Shown here: piece after piece, positions 46,775 through 56,151 of the stretch | Position numbering within the stretch: position 1 is the first letter of the stretch | How the letters are laid out: every line of letters begins with the position of its first letter | DNA from: an uncultured Ruminococcus sp. | GTDB taxonomy: Bacteria > Bacillota > Clostridia > RUG12999 | Reading direction: 5' to 3' | NCBI GenBank assembly: GCA_902784805.1 | Contig: CACZWD010000016.1 | Location: 16,754-80,753 of the forward strand | Length of the DNA stretch: 64,000 nucleotides | Program-made: the position numbers and the translations under genes | The notes under the pieces: generated by a model | Told to the model about the DNA's origin: nothing | The model's database searches: none | What the model saw: only the letters and a program-made list of their open reading frames with translations

Positions 46775-46875
46775 AACCGAATATGGACGCAGGGGAGCTG
46801 TTTTTTACGGCTGAGAGGAAGCTTTAAGCTTCGACCCTTTAACCTGATGTGGATAATGCCAACGTAGGGAAAAGT
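46775..46875 (+). ncRNA. TPP (THI-box) riboswitch
   Basis: cagggg-agc...ggctgagag...gaccctttaacctgatgtggataatgccaacgtaggga matches the conserved THI-element core (CUGAGA; ACCUGAU..GGAUAAUGCC). Confidence 0.85.
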
Positions 46876-46946
46876 TAAATGCATACGAATTTTAAAACCG
46901 GCATTTAGCAAGTTTTACTTTAAAATGTGTTTGTTTTAAATTGTAA

Positions 46947-46983
46947 ACCGAAGGACCTACCGCAGACGTCCTTCGGTTTTTGT
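46947..46983 (+). terminator. riboswitch expression-platform terminator
   Basis: accgaaggac ... gtccttcggt, followed by ttttt. Confidence 0.75.
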
Positions 46984-47031
46984 ATTAAATAAAGGGCGTC
47001 TTGCCCGAAAACAGAAAGGAAAACGTTAAAA

Positions 47032-47694
47032 ATGAACACAAAAACAAACAAACTTGTAGTATCGGCAATGATGTTAGCAATTGCATCAATTCTCTCAATG
47101 CTGAAGCTTTTTGAAATGCCGTTTGGAGGCACAATAACCGTAGCTTCAATGGTTCCTGTTGTGCTTATAGGCTATTTGTACGGTACAAAGCATGGGCTTT
47201 TTTCGGCTTTTGTCTATGGCATTTTGCAGCTTATTTTAGGCGTGGCTACGGGTATAGTTTCACGTATGTTTCTCCCCGGAGATGAGCAGATGGCGCTTGC
47301 CGCCGCGCTTTCAATTTGCCTTTTAGATTATATACTTGCCTGCCTTATGCTCGGTTTCGGCGGTATATTTAAAGATAAATTCGGTAAGCCGGCACTTGAA
47401 ATCGCACTTGGGGCGGTAGTGGCGACAGTTCTTTGCTGGGTTATGCACGTAATATCGGGCTTTATTTTTTACGGCGCGTGGGCGGAATGGTTTTTCTCCG
47501 ACAGTACGGGGCTTTCGCAAATTTCTGCATTTAAAGGCTTCTGCGATTGGGTAATGAATAATATTCACGGCGGAATGCTTGCGCTTTTTTATTCCGCTGT
47601 ATATAATGCGGCGTATATGCTGCCTGAGACAATTATAACGGCGGTTTTTGCTCCGATAATATATATGGCTATAAAAAAATCTGTAAAAAAATAA
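47032..47694 (+). CDS. thiT: thiamine transporter, ECF S-component ThiT/YuaJ family
   Basis: 220-aa six-TM protein directly downstream of the TPP riboswitch, with the N-terminal pattern KLVVSAMMLAIASILS. Confidence 0.8.
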   Translation: MNTKTNKLVVSAMMLAIASILSMLKLFEMPFGGTITVASMVPVVLIGYLYGTKHGLFSAFVYGILQLILGVATGIVSRMFLPGDEQMALAAALSICLLDYILACLMLGFGGIFKDKFGKPALEIALGAVVATVLCWVMHVISGFIFYGAWAEWFFSDSTGLSQISAFKGFCDWVMNNIHGGMLALFYSAVYNAAYMLPETIITAVFAPIIYMAIKKSVKK

Positions 47695-47704
47695 TCAAAA
47701 CCCC

Positions 47705-47733
47705 TTGACAAAACGTAAAATATTGTGTATAAT
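47705..47733 (+). promoter_or_regulatory. sigma-A promoter with extended -10 for the T-box leader
   Basis: ttgaca (47705-10), 17 nt, tgt-tataat (47725-33). Confidence 0.55.
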
Positions 47734-47739
47734 TATTCG

Positions 47740-48037
47740 TAGAATTATAATAAATGCGATGACCGAAAACAAGTAAGCATTTCCTGTACGTTTTCAGAGA
47801 GCTGCCGTTTGGTGCGAGGCAGCAGCGAAAAGATTTGCCGAATACATTTCGAGAGCAGCGCACCGAAAGCATTCCCGCAAGTAGGCTGCGACGGGTGTTC
47901 CCGTTACAGAACTATGGTTTGAAAGAACCTGAAAAGGTCTGCACCGTGAGATGCAGGCGAATTGAGGTGGTACCACGGGTACGGATTTTTAAAATCACCC
48001 GTCCTCTGAAACTATTATCAGAGGACGGGTTTTTGTT
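47740..48037 (+). ncRNA. T-box riboswitch leader, specifier codon UAC (Tyr)
   Basis: Stem I elements: tgcgatga K-turn, AAGUA, AGAGAG bulge, GGUGCGA distal loop, GAA-UAC-A specifier at 47840-47846, and AGAGCA. T-box sequence aattgaggtggtaccacgg (47960-78). Terminator cccgtcctctga...tcagaggacggg plus T-run (47997-48037). Confidence 0.8.
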
Positions 48038-48067
48038 TTGTCCTCAAATGAAAGGAATGGTTTAGGA

Positions 48068-49612
48068 ATGGTTTTGAAGGTAGTATTGTTGTTGGTTTTC
48101 TTTGCGGTTATGGTTGCGGTAGGCGTTGTCTGCCGGAAACAGGCGGCAGATGTAAACGGGTTTGTGCTTGGCGGCAGAAATGTCGGTCCGTGGCTTACGG
48201 CGTTTGCTTACGGTACGTCTTATTTTTCGGCGGTTATTTTTGTAGGCTATGCCGGTCAGTTCGGCTGGCGTTTCGGTATAGCCTCAACATGGATAGGACT
48301 CGGCAACGCGTTTATCGGCTCGCTGCTTGCGTGGGTGGTGCTTGGCAGAAGAACAAGGCTCCAGACACAGCATCTCGGCAGCGCAACGATGCCGGAGTAT
48401 TTCGGAAAAAGATATAACAGCCCTGCGCTTAAAATTTTCGCGTCGGTTATCGTGTTTGTTTTTCTTATTCCTTATACAGCTTCGCTTTACAACGGTCTTT
48501 CGAGGCTTTTTGAAATGGCTTTTCATATTCCGTATGTATGGTGTATAGTTGCGATGTCGGTTCTGACGGGCATTTATGTAATTGCCGGCGGATATATGGC
48601 TACCGCGGTTAATGATTTTATTCAGGGCATAATTATGCTTTTCGGTATTATCGCGATTATTGCGGCGGTGCTTGGTCAGCACGGCGGTTTTATCGGCTCG
48701 CTTACAGAGCTTGCGAAAGTCAGTGACGCGGACGCAGGCAATGTTCCGGGAGTGTTTAATTCCTTTTTCGGACCAAAACCGCTTGACCTTTTGTTTGTTG
48801 TAATACTGACATCGCTCGGCACATGGGGTTTGCCGCAGATGGTACAGAAATTTTACGCTATTAAAAGTGAAAGCGCCATAAACAAAGGTACGGTAATATC
48901 GACCTTTTTTGCTGTTGTTGTTGCGGGCGGCTGCTATTTTCTCGGCGGCTTCGGACGCCTTTTCAGTGATAAAATGGAGGTTGCAAGCGGTGTGCCGGCG
49001 GGCGGATATGACGCGATTGTTCCGACAATGCTTTCAGGTCTTTCCGATATACTTATCGCCGTTGTGGTTATCCTTGTGCTTTCCGCTTCAATGTCAACGC
49101 TTTCGTCACTTGTTTTGACTTCAAGTGCAACGCTTACGCTTGATTTTATAAAAGGAAATATTGTTAAGAATATGAAGCAGAAATCACAGCTTGCCATAAT
49201 GCGAGTTCTGATTGTTTTCTTTATTGCGGTTTCCGCTGTTATAGCTATAATTCAAGCAAACAGCAGTGTGACATTTATTGCTCAGCTTATGGGAATATCG
49301 TGGGGCGCTCTTGCAGGGGCTTTTCTTGCTCCGTTCCTTTACGGGCTGTACTTTAAAGGAGCCACAAAAGCCGCTTGCACCGTGAATTTTGTGTTCGGAG
49401 CAGGTATAATGATACTTAATATGCTGTTTAAGAGCGCATTTCCGCCGATTTTACAGTCTCCGATTAATTGCGGCGTAATCGCTATGGTTGCGGGGCTTGT
49501 TATTGTGCCGGTTGTAAGTGCATTTACCAAAAAACCGGAAAACGCAGATGAAATGTTTGCCTGCTACGAGGTTCCCGTTACCGTTCCGGTTAAGGAAGCA
49601 CTCGGCGAATAA
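48068..49612 (+). CDS. sodium:solute symporter (SSS) family transporter
   Basis: About 514-aa polytopic membrane protein with an SSS-type pattern (GGRNVGPW..A.....S). The ATG at 48068 is preferred over the TTG at 48038, which lies inside the terminator. Confidence 0.75.
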   Translation: MVLKVVLLLVFFAVMVAVGVVCRKQAADVNGFVLGGRNVGPWLTAFAYGTSYFSAVIFVGYAGQFGWRFGIASTWIGLGNAFIGSLLAWVVLGRRTRLQTQHLGSATMPEYFGKRYNSPALKIFASVIVFVFLIPYTASLYNGLSRLFEMAFHIPYVWCIVAMSVLTGIYVIAGGYMATAVNDFIQGIIMLFGIIAIIAAVLGQHGGFIGSLTELAKVSDADAGNVPGVFNSFFGPKPLDLLFVVILTSLGTWGLPQMVQKFYAIKSESAINKGTVISTFFAVVVAGGCYFLGGFGRLFSDKMEVASGVPAGGYDAIVPTMLSGLSDILIAVVVILVLSASMSTLSSLVLTSSATLTLDFIKGNIVKNMKQKSQLAIMRVLIVFFIAVSAVIAIIQANSSVTFIAQLMGISWGALAGAFLAPFLYGLYFKGATKAACTVNFVFGAGIMILNMLFKSAFPPILQSPINCGVIAMVAGLVIVPVVSAFTKKPENADEMFACYEVPVTVPVKEALGE

Positions 49613-49630
49613 GAGCATTTTGGGGGAAAA

Positions 49631-50434
49631 ATGAACATACATAAAATTGATTTTCACACGCATTGTTTTCCTGATAAGCTTGCTGCACGAGCAATTGAAG
49701 CTCTCGGAGCTTGCGCAGGGCTTGTTCCGGTGTCAGACGGCACAGCAGACGGGCTTTTAAACCAAATGAATGAGGGCGGCGTTGATATTGCCGTAGTACT
49801 CGGTATTGCGACAAACGCACATCAGCAAAAATCCGTGAATGATTTTGCTGCGGAGCTTAACAAAAACCCCCATTTTGTAGCCTTCGGCTCTGTTCATCCC
49901 GATGCGCATGACGCAATAGATGAGCTTGAAAGAATTAAGGATATGGGGCTTCTTGGAGTGAAATTTCATCCTGAGTATCAGAAGTTTTATGTTGATGATG
50001 ATAAGATGCGTCCAATATATAAGAAAATTTCGCAGCTTGAATTAATTACGGTGTTTCACGCGGGTGCGGATTATGGCTTTTTGCCGCCTTATCACTGCTT
50101 GCCCATGCATATGGAAAACGCTCTTAAAATGCTTGACACAAAAGTTATTGCGGCGCATTGGGGAGGCGTAATGATGCAGGAGGAGGTATATAAAAGGCTT
50201 TGCGGACTTCCTGTTTATTTTGACACCTCTTTTTCTTACGGAACGACCTGCCTTCAAATGCTTAAAAAAATTGTTCAAAAGCATGGTACGGATAAGCTTC
50301 TTTTCGGTACGGATTCCCCATGGCACGGTCCCGAGGAAGAAAGCAGAGTTATTGAGTTTTTGGAGCTTTCTGAGGAAGAAAAAGAAAAAATATACTATAA
50401 AAATGCGGCAAAACTCCTAAAACTTGACATTTAA
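49631..50434 (+). CDS. amidohydrolase-2 family metal-dependent hydrolase (TIM barrel)
   Basis: The N-terminal IDFHTHCFP motif, plus FH.G and D..W.H patterns. Confidence 0.65.
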   Translation: MNIHKIDFHTHCFPDKLAARAIEALGACAGLVPVSDGTADGLLNQMNEGGVDIAVVLGIATNAHQQKSVNDFAAELNKNPHFVAFGSVHPDAHDAIDELERIKDMGLLGVKFHPEYQKFYVDDDKMRPIYKKISQLELITVFHAGADYGFLPPYHCLPMHMENALKMLDTKVIAAHWGGVMMQEEVYKRLCGLPVYFDTSFSYGTTCLQMLKKIVQKHGTDKLLFGTDSPWHGPEEESRVIEFLELSEEEKEKIYYKNAAKLLKLDI

Positions 50435-50435
50435 C

Positions 50436-50464
50436 TTGACAGTTTGACTGAAAATTAATATAAT
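50436..50464 (+). promoter_or_regulatory. sigma-A promoter upstream of the ligase-iorAB genes
   Basis: ttgaca (50436-41), 17 nt, tataat (50459-64). Confidence 0.5.
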
Positions 50465-50469
50465 ATAGT

Positions 50470-50503
50470 TCAGTAGTCTGAAAACATTTTTTCAGACTAC
50501 TGA
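50470..50503 (+). promoter_or_regulatory. perfect 15-bp inverted repeat at the predicted transcript start (operator or 5' stem-loop)
   Basis: tcagtagtctgaaaa-catt-ttttcagactactga starts 6 nt after the -10 element. There is no U-run after it. Confidence 0.5.
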
Positions 50504-50524
50504 TTATGAAAGGATTTGTGCAGT

Positions 50525-52168
50525 ATGATTATTACAGATTTACTTGAACGCAATGCAAAAGAATATGCAGACGAAACGGCGCTTGTTGAAATTGCGCCTC
50601 ATCTTATGGAAAGCACGAAGCTTACATGGAAGGAGTATGCGCTTATTCAGCCGAATCCGTCGGAAAGCGGCAGGCAGGAAATAACCTGGAAAGAATTTGA
50701 AAAAAAGGCAAACCGTTTCGCAAATCTTCTTTTAAGCAGAGGTGTAAAAAAAGGCGATAAGGTCGCTATACTTCTTATGAATTGCCTTGAATGGCTGCCG
50801 ATATATTTCGGAACGTTAAAAACGGGAGCGCTTGCTGTTCCGCTTAACTATCGTTACGCGTCTGATGAGATAAAATACTGCGTGGAGCTTGCGGAGGCGG
50901 ACGTACTTGTTTTCGGTCCTGAATTTATAGGCAGGGTAGAGGAGGTTTACGACCATATGAATGGTTTAAAACAAACCTTCTATGTCGGCGAAAACTGCCC
51001 GACATTTGCCGAAAGCTATAATACTCTTGTGACATACTGTTCGTCAAAGGCACCTGAAATTCCGCTTACCGAGGATGACAACGCGGCAATTTATTTTTCT
51101 TCCGGTACAACCGGATTTCCTAAAGCTATACTTCATAAGCACAGAAGCCTTATTCATGCGGCAAGGACAGAGCAGGCTCATCACGGTCAGGGCAGGAACG
51201 ACTGCTTTTTATGCATACCTCCTCTTTATCATACAGGAGCAAAGATGCACTGGTTCGGCTCACTTTACGCGGGAAGCCGCGCTGTTCTTTTAAAGGGTGT
51301 TAAGCCTGAATGGATTATAAGAGCCGTTTCGGAAGAAAAATGTACAATAGTCTGGCTGCTTGTGCCGTGGGCGCAGGATATTCTCGACAGCATAGACAGA
51401 GGAGAAATAATCCTTGAGGATTATGAGCTTTCACAATGGAGGCTTATGCATATCGGGGCTCAGCCTGTGCCGCCAAGTCTTATAAAGCGCTGGATGGAAC
51501 ATTTTCCAAATCATCAATATGATACAAACTACGGTTTGAGTGAATCGATAGGCCCCGGCTGCGTACACCTTGGTGTTGAGAATATACACAAGGTTGGAGC
51601 AATAGGAAAAGCAGGTTATGGATGGAAGGTTAAAATCTGTGACGAAAACGGCAATACCGTCAAAAAAGGTGAAGTCGGTGAGCTTGCAGTTTCGGGTCCG
51701 GGCGTTATGACTTGCTATTATAATGATGAGAAAGCCACAAAAGAGGTTTTAAAAGACGGCTGGCTGTTTACGGGAGATATGGCGGAAGAGGACGCTGATG
51801 GCTTTATTTACCTTGTTGACCGTAAAAAAGACGTTATAATTTCAGGCGGTGAAAACCTTTATCCCGTACAGATTGAGGACTTTATCCGTAAAAACAATAC
51901 GGTAAAAGATGTTGCGGTTATTGGGCTTCCGGACGCAAGGCTCGGAGAAATTGCCACTGCGATTATTGAGCTTAAGCCTGAATTTAAGGATAAAGTAACG
52001 AGTGAGGATATTATTGATTTTTGCCAAGATATGCCAAAATATAAAAGACCGAGAAAAATTATTTTTGCGGAGGTTCCGCGTAATCCCACAGGCAAAATAG
52101 AAAAACCGAAGCTACGCAAAATATATTGCGGCGAGAGTGTTGTTGCACAGCAGAATGAGATAAAATAG
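50525..52168 (+). CDS. AMP-dependent acyl-CoA ligase (class I adenylate-forming enzyme)
   Basis: SSGTTGFPK, YGLSE, GWLFTGD and GKIEK motifs. Confidence 0.8.
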   Translation: MIITDLLERNAKEYADETALVEIAPHLMESTKLTWKEYALIQPNPSESGRQEITWKEFEKKANRFANLLLSRGVKKGDKVAILLMNCLEWLPIYFGTLKTGALAVPLNYRYASDEIKYCVELAEADVLVFGPEFIGRVEEVYDHMNGLKQTFYVGENCPTFAESYNTLVTYCSSKAPEIPLTEDDNAAIYFSSGTTGFPKAILHKHRSLIHAARTEQAHHGQGRNDCFLCIPPLYHTGAKMHWFGSLYAGSRAVLLKGVKPEWIIRAVSEEKCTIVWLLVPWAQDILDSIDRGEIILEDYELSQWRLMHIGAQPVPPSLIKRWMEHFPNHQYDTNYGLSESIGPGCVHLGVENIHKVGAIGKAGYGWKVKICDENGNTVKKGEVGELAVSGPGVMTCYYNDEKATKEVLKDGWLFTGDMAEEDADGFIYLVDRKKDVIISGGENLYPVQIEDFIRKNNTVKDVAVIGLPDARLGEIATAIIELKPEFKDKVTSEDIIDFCQDMPKYKRPRKIIFAEVPRNPTGKIEKPKLRKIYCGESVVAQQNEIK

Positions 52169-52193
52169 CAGGTTTGGTTGAAAGGATGATAGT

Positions 52194-53933
52194 ATGAAAA
52201 AATTAATGCTTGGTAACGCGGCGGTTGCGCGGGGAGCTTATGAAGCCGGCGTAACGGTTGTGTCGTCATATCCCGGTACTCCGAGCACGGAAATCACGGA
52301 GAATATTGTTAAATATCCCGAGATTTACGCTGAGTGGGCGCCGAACGAGAAAGTCGCGGCAGAGGTCGCGGTAGGCGCTTCTATGGCAGGCGCGAGAGCT
52401 ATGTCCGCTTGCAAACACGTAGGGTTTAATGTTATGGCGGACCCTGTTTTTACAATCAGTTATATCGGAACAAACGGCGGTTTGCTTTTTTGCGTTGCCG
52501 ATGACCCGGGTATGCATTCCTCTCAAAACGAGCAGGATTCAAGACATTACGCAAAGGCGGCGAAGCTGCTTATGCTTGAGCCTTCCGATTCTTCGGAATG
52601 TAAAGAATATACAAAGAGAGCCTTTGAGCTTTCCGAAAAGTATGATGTTCCGGCGGTACTTCGTCTTTCGACAAGAGTTTCCCATTCGCAGAGTATGGTA
52701 GAAATCAATGAACGCGAGAATTATGAGCTTAAACCGTATGAAAAAAATATCGCTAAAAATGTTATGATGCCGGCAAATGCCATAAAACGGCATATTGAGG
52801 TTGAGAAACGTATGGAGGCGCTTAAAGAATTTGCCGAAAATACAGAGCTTAATACTGTTGAAATTAACGAGGGCAACATAGGTGTTATAACTTCGGGAAT
52901 TTCTTATATGTACGCGAAAGAAGCGCTTGGAAACCGTGTCAGTTATCTTAAACTCGGTATGGTATATCCGCTTCCCGAAAAGAAAATCCTTGATTTTGCC
53001 GCTAAATTCGATAAGGTATATGTGATTGAAGAGCTTGATCCGTTTTTTGAAGAACATTGCAAAGCTGTAGGGGCGAAAAATATAATAGGCAAGGAAGCGT
53101 TTACTTTGCTTGGCGAATATACGCCCGCTATGATTAAAAAAGCCGTTCTCGGAGAGGACAGACCGGAATTTGATGAGAGTGATGAGCAAATTCCCGCACG
53201 TCCGCCTGTTATGTGCGCAGGCTGTCCGCACAGAGGAACATTTTATGTGCTTAAAAAGCTTGGACTTGTAGTTTCCGGAGATATCGGCTGTTATACTCTC
53301 GGCGCCGTTCAGCCGCTTTCAAGCGTTGACAGCACGATATGTATGGGGGCTTCCGTTTCGGCGGCTCTCGGAATGGCAAAGGCGAGAGGCAAGGAATTTA
53401 ACAAAAAGCTTGTTTCGGTAATCGGCGATTCAACTTTTATACATTCGGGTATTACGGGACTTATTGATATTGTGTATAATAAAGGCGCGAATACGGTTAT
53501 TATCCTTGATAATTCAATAACCGGTATGACAGGACATCAGGATAACCCGACAACAGGATATACAATCCGCAAAGAGGAAACAAAACAGGTAAATCTTATA
53601 GCTCTTTGCAAGGCGGTTGGCGTCGGCAGAATAGTTGTTGCCGACCCGTTTGACGTTAAAAATTTTGAAAAGGTTGTAAAAGAGGAAGTCAGCGCAGATG
53701 AGCCTTCCGTTATTATAGCGCAGCGACCGTGCGCGCTTTTAAAGAAGGTTAAATATACGGGACATTGTACCATTACGGATAAATGTAAAAAATGTAAAAT
53801 GTGTATGAAGCTCGGCTGTCCGGCAATATCAAGTGACGGTGACGGAGTAAAAATAGAACTTAACCAGTGTAACGGCTGCGGACTGTGTGTAAATGTTTGT
53901 CCGTTTGAAGCTATTAAGAAGGAGGAAAAGTAG
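52194..53933 (+). CDS. iorA: indolepyruvate:ferredoxin oxidoreductase alpha subunit
   Basis: 579 aa. N-terminus GNAAVARGAYEAGV...YPGTPSTE, a TPP motif (GDSTFIHSG..NSITGMTGHQ) and a C-terminal 2x[4Fe-4S] domain. Confidence 0.85.
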   Translation: MKKLMLGNAAVARGAYEAGVTVVSSYPGTPSTEITENIVKYPEIYAEWAPNEKVAAEVAVGASMAGARAMSACKHVGFNVMADPVFTISYIGTNGGLLFCVADDPGMHSSQNEQDSRHYAKAAKLLMLEPSDSSECKEYTKRAFELSEKYDVPAVLRLSTRVSHSQSMVEINERENYELKPYEKNIAKNVMMPANAIKRHIEVEKRMEALKEFAENTELNTVEINEGNIGVITSGISYMYAKEALGNRVSYLKLGMVYPLPEKKILDFAAKFDKVYVIEELDPFFEEHCKAVGAKNIIGKEAFTLLGEYTPAMIKKAVLGEDRPEFDESDEQIPARPPVMCAGCPHRGTFYVLKKLGLVVSGDIGCYTLGAVQPLSSVDSTICMGASVSAALGMAKARGKEFNKKLVSVIGDSTFIHSGITGLIDIVYNKGANTVIILDNSITGMTGHQDNPTTGYTIRKEETKQVNLIALCKAVGVGRIVVADPFDVKNFEKVVKEEVSADEPSVIIAQRPCALLKKVKYTGHCTITDKCKKCKMCMKLGCPAISSDGDGVKIELNQCNGCGLCVNVCPFEAIKKEEK

Positions 53934-53935
53934 TT

Positions 53936-54502
53936 ATGGCCAAAAACATTATGATAGTCGGAGTCGGTGGTCAGGGTACTCTTCTTGCCAGCCGGATACT
54001 TGGAAATACCGTTATAAACGAAGGATATGACGTTAAGGTTTCGGAGGTTCATGGTATGAGCCAAAGAGGCGGCAGCGTTGTAACATATGTAAAGTATGGT
54101 GATAAGGTATATTCGCCCATAATTGACCGCGGTGAAGCCGATATTATTCTTGCTTTTGAGACGCTTGAAGCATATCGCGCGCTTCCGTATCTTAAAAAAG
54201 GCGGCTGTATGATAATAAACAACCAAAAAATGAATCCTATGCCCGTCATTACGGGCGCGGCAAAGTATCCTGAAAATATAACCGAAAAAATTTCGTCAAA
54301 AGTCAGGACGGAAATTGTCGATGCGGTTTCGCTTGCGAAAGAAGCGGGGAGTATTAAAGCCGTAAACGTTGTCCTTATCGGCATTATGGCAAAATCGACC
54401 GATATTGCTTATGAAAGATGGGTTGAAACAATCAAACAGACAGTTCCCGAAAAATTTATTGATTTAAATTTAAAAGCGTTTGCTTTGGGATATAATTTGT
54501 AA
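53936..54502 (+). CDS. iorB: indolepyruvate:ferredoxin oxidoreductase beta subunit
   Basis: The GVGGQGTLLASR and HGMSQRGGSV motifs, and it follows iorA directly. Confidence 0.85.
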   Translation: MAKNIMIVGVGGQGTLLASRILGNTVINEGYDVKVSEVHGMSQRGGSVVTYVKYGDKVYSPIIDRGEADIILAFETLEAYRALPYLKKGGCMIINNQKMNPMPVITGAAKYPENITEKISSKVRTEIVDAVSLAKEAGSIKAVNVVLIGIMAKSTDIAYERWVETIKQTVPEKFIDLNLKAFALGYNL

Positions 54503-54506
54503 TAAT

Positions 54507-54545
54507 AAAAGCCGCAGACTTCAAACTGCGGCTTTTATTATTTTT
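54507..54545. terminator. bidirectional intrinsic terminator
   Basis: aaaagccgcag / acttcaaa / ctgcggctttt. Confidence 0.75.
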
Positions 54546-54684
54546 CGGAATGGCGTTTGTTATCCGTAAATGAAAAAATAAAATCGTCAACGTCACCTTT
54601 TATATGACTGAAATCTGAGGGCTTTTTAATATCGTTCTTCGGTTTTTTTATTTCATCTTTTTCTTTGCTTTCACACATAATCAT
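54538..54684 (-). CDS. small hypothetical protein (48 aa, MIMCESKEKDEIKKPKNDIKKPSDFSHIKGDVDDFIFSFTDNKRHSEK)
   Basis: A strong RBS (ggaggt) lies 6 nt upstream of the ATG, and the ORF ends in the bidirectional terminator. It is below the ORF-track cutoff. Confidence 0.35.
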   Translation of the reverse strand: MIMCESKEKDEIKKPKNDIKKPSDFSHIKGDVDDFIFSFTDNKRHSEK

Positions 54685-55087
54685 ATACCTCCAACGTGAA
54701 TAAAAAATGAACGGGGCGTATAGTTTTAGTATATGAATTTAAAGCAAAAAAATTACACTTTTTGAAATATTTTTAATATGGATTATTTTATAAGTAAACC
54801 TTGTTTATTGTATTATGTCAGTGAAATTCTTTCAAAGCCTTTTTACTTTTACGTCATTATTGATGGACGCGCGCGGGAACTTATTAGGCTTGGCTTGTCC
54901 GTTATGTCATTAATATAATTAAAACCGCAATAATAAGGATCAAAGAAAACGTATGGAAAAGGGGATAATATCACGGTGTATAAAGCGTCTTCGGAAGTTT
55001 GTTATTTTTGTGTTTTTTCATTTTTTAATAACATAATTTACTTAAAGTATAAATTGTTTATTTATACAATTTGTAAGACTGAAGGAG

Positions 55088-55342
55088 TTATTCAGAAGTC
55101 GGCAAATCAATATCTACCAAAATAAGATCATCTCCTATAATTTTAATTTGATTCCACGCAATTACAATATCTTTCGGCTGCGGTCCCCACGGAAGCCATT
55201 TTCCGCCGCTATTACCGGGCACAACTATTGATTTTAGAACACCCTCCGTGATATCTATCTCAACATCACACACATATCCCAGGCGCCTTCCGTCACGTAT
55301 ATTTATAACCTCTTTGTTTTTAAAATCTGCCGATTTTCTCAT
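55088..55342 (-). CDS. ylmC: YlmC/YmxH-family PRC-barrel sporulation protein
   Basis: 84 aa. KEVINIRDGRRLGYVCDVEIDITEGVLKSIVVPG is the family signature. The start at 55342 has RBS aaaggtg. Confidence 0.8.
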   Translation of the reverse strand: MRKSADFKNKEVINIRDGRRLGYVCDVEIDITEGVLKSIVVPGNSGGKWLPWGPQPKDIVIAWNQIKIIGDDLILVDIDLPTSE

Positions 55343-55483
55343 GTTTTTCAGCACCTTTCTTTTAAATATCAATAATATATATGCAGTAAAACAGTTTTTT
55401 ATGAAAGCAATTTTTATTGTTGACAAAAAATAGTTTTTATTGTATAATTATTTTAAATATAAAAAAGAAAGAGGTAGTTTAAA

Positions 55484-56035
55484 ATGAAAAAATTTGTATG
55501 TCCTGTTTGCGGATATGTTTATGAAGGAAACGAACCGCCGGAAAAATGTCCTCAGTGCGGAGTTGACGGAAGCAGATTTACCGAGGCAGCCGGCGGAAAG
55601 CTTAATTTCGTGTGTGAGCACGTTATAGGCGTTGGCGCAAAAGATAAAATAGATGCTGAAGTGTATGAAGGTCTTAAATCAAACTTTGAGGGAGAATGTT
55701 CGGAGGTTGGTATGTATATCGCTATGAGCCGTCAGGCTATACGCGAAGGCTATCCCGAAATCGGTGAATTTTATATGAGAGCGGCTCTTGAAGAGGCTGA
55801 GCATGCGGCAAAATTTGCCGAGCTTTTAGGAGAAGTTGTAACGCCTTCCACAAAGAAAAATCTTGAGCTTCGCGCAGAAGCTGAGTGCGGTGCGACGGCA
55901 GGCAAGCTTGAGCTTGCGAAACGCGCAAAAGAGCTTGGCTATGACGCGATTCACGACACCGTTCATGAAATGGCAAAAGACGAAGCAAGACACGGCAAGG
56001 GCTTTGAAGGACTTTTGAAGAGGTATTTTGGTTAA
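55484..56035 (+). CDS. reverse rubrerythrin (N-terminal rubredoxin domain, C-terminal di-iron ferritin-like domain)
   Basis: N-terminal CPVCG..CPQCG, then two ExxH motifs (EAEHAAKF; DEARHGK). Confidence 0.8.
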   Translation: MKKFVCPVCGYVYEGNEPPEKCPQCGVDGSRFTEAAGGKLNFVCEHVIGVGAKDKIDAEVYEGLKSNFEGECSEVGMYIAMSRQAIREGYPEIGEFYMRAALEEAEHAAKFAELLGEVVTPSTKKNLELRAEAECGATAGKLELAKRAKELGYDAIHDTVHEMAKDEARHGKGFEGLLKRYFG

Positions 56036-56113
56036 TCCAAGATACAATATAAATACGATTTGGTACACTTCAAAAACCGCATAAAACAAGGCTTTAAAGG
56101 CTTAGGTCACGAA

Positions 56114-56151
56114 ACACGATTATTCTCTCAGCAGTTAATCGTGTTTTTTTG
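56114..56151 (+). terminator. intrinsic terminator after the rubrerythrin gene
   Basis: acacgatta ... taatcgtgt, followed by ttttttt. Confidence 0.75.

Noticed and set aside
52539-54226. Two ORFs of about 230 aa each on the minus strand (52539-53231 and 53537-54226), antisense to iorA/iorB
   Set aside because: These are shadow frames of well-supported genes. They have no RBS, no motifs and an unnatural composition.
54950-55035. 26-codon ORF MEKGIISRCIKRLRKFVIFVFFHFLIT, considered as a type I toxin-like peptide
   Set aside because: It has a weak or absent RBS, no visible antisense RNA or terminator architecture, and it is very short. The evidence is insufficient.
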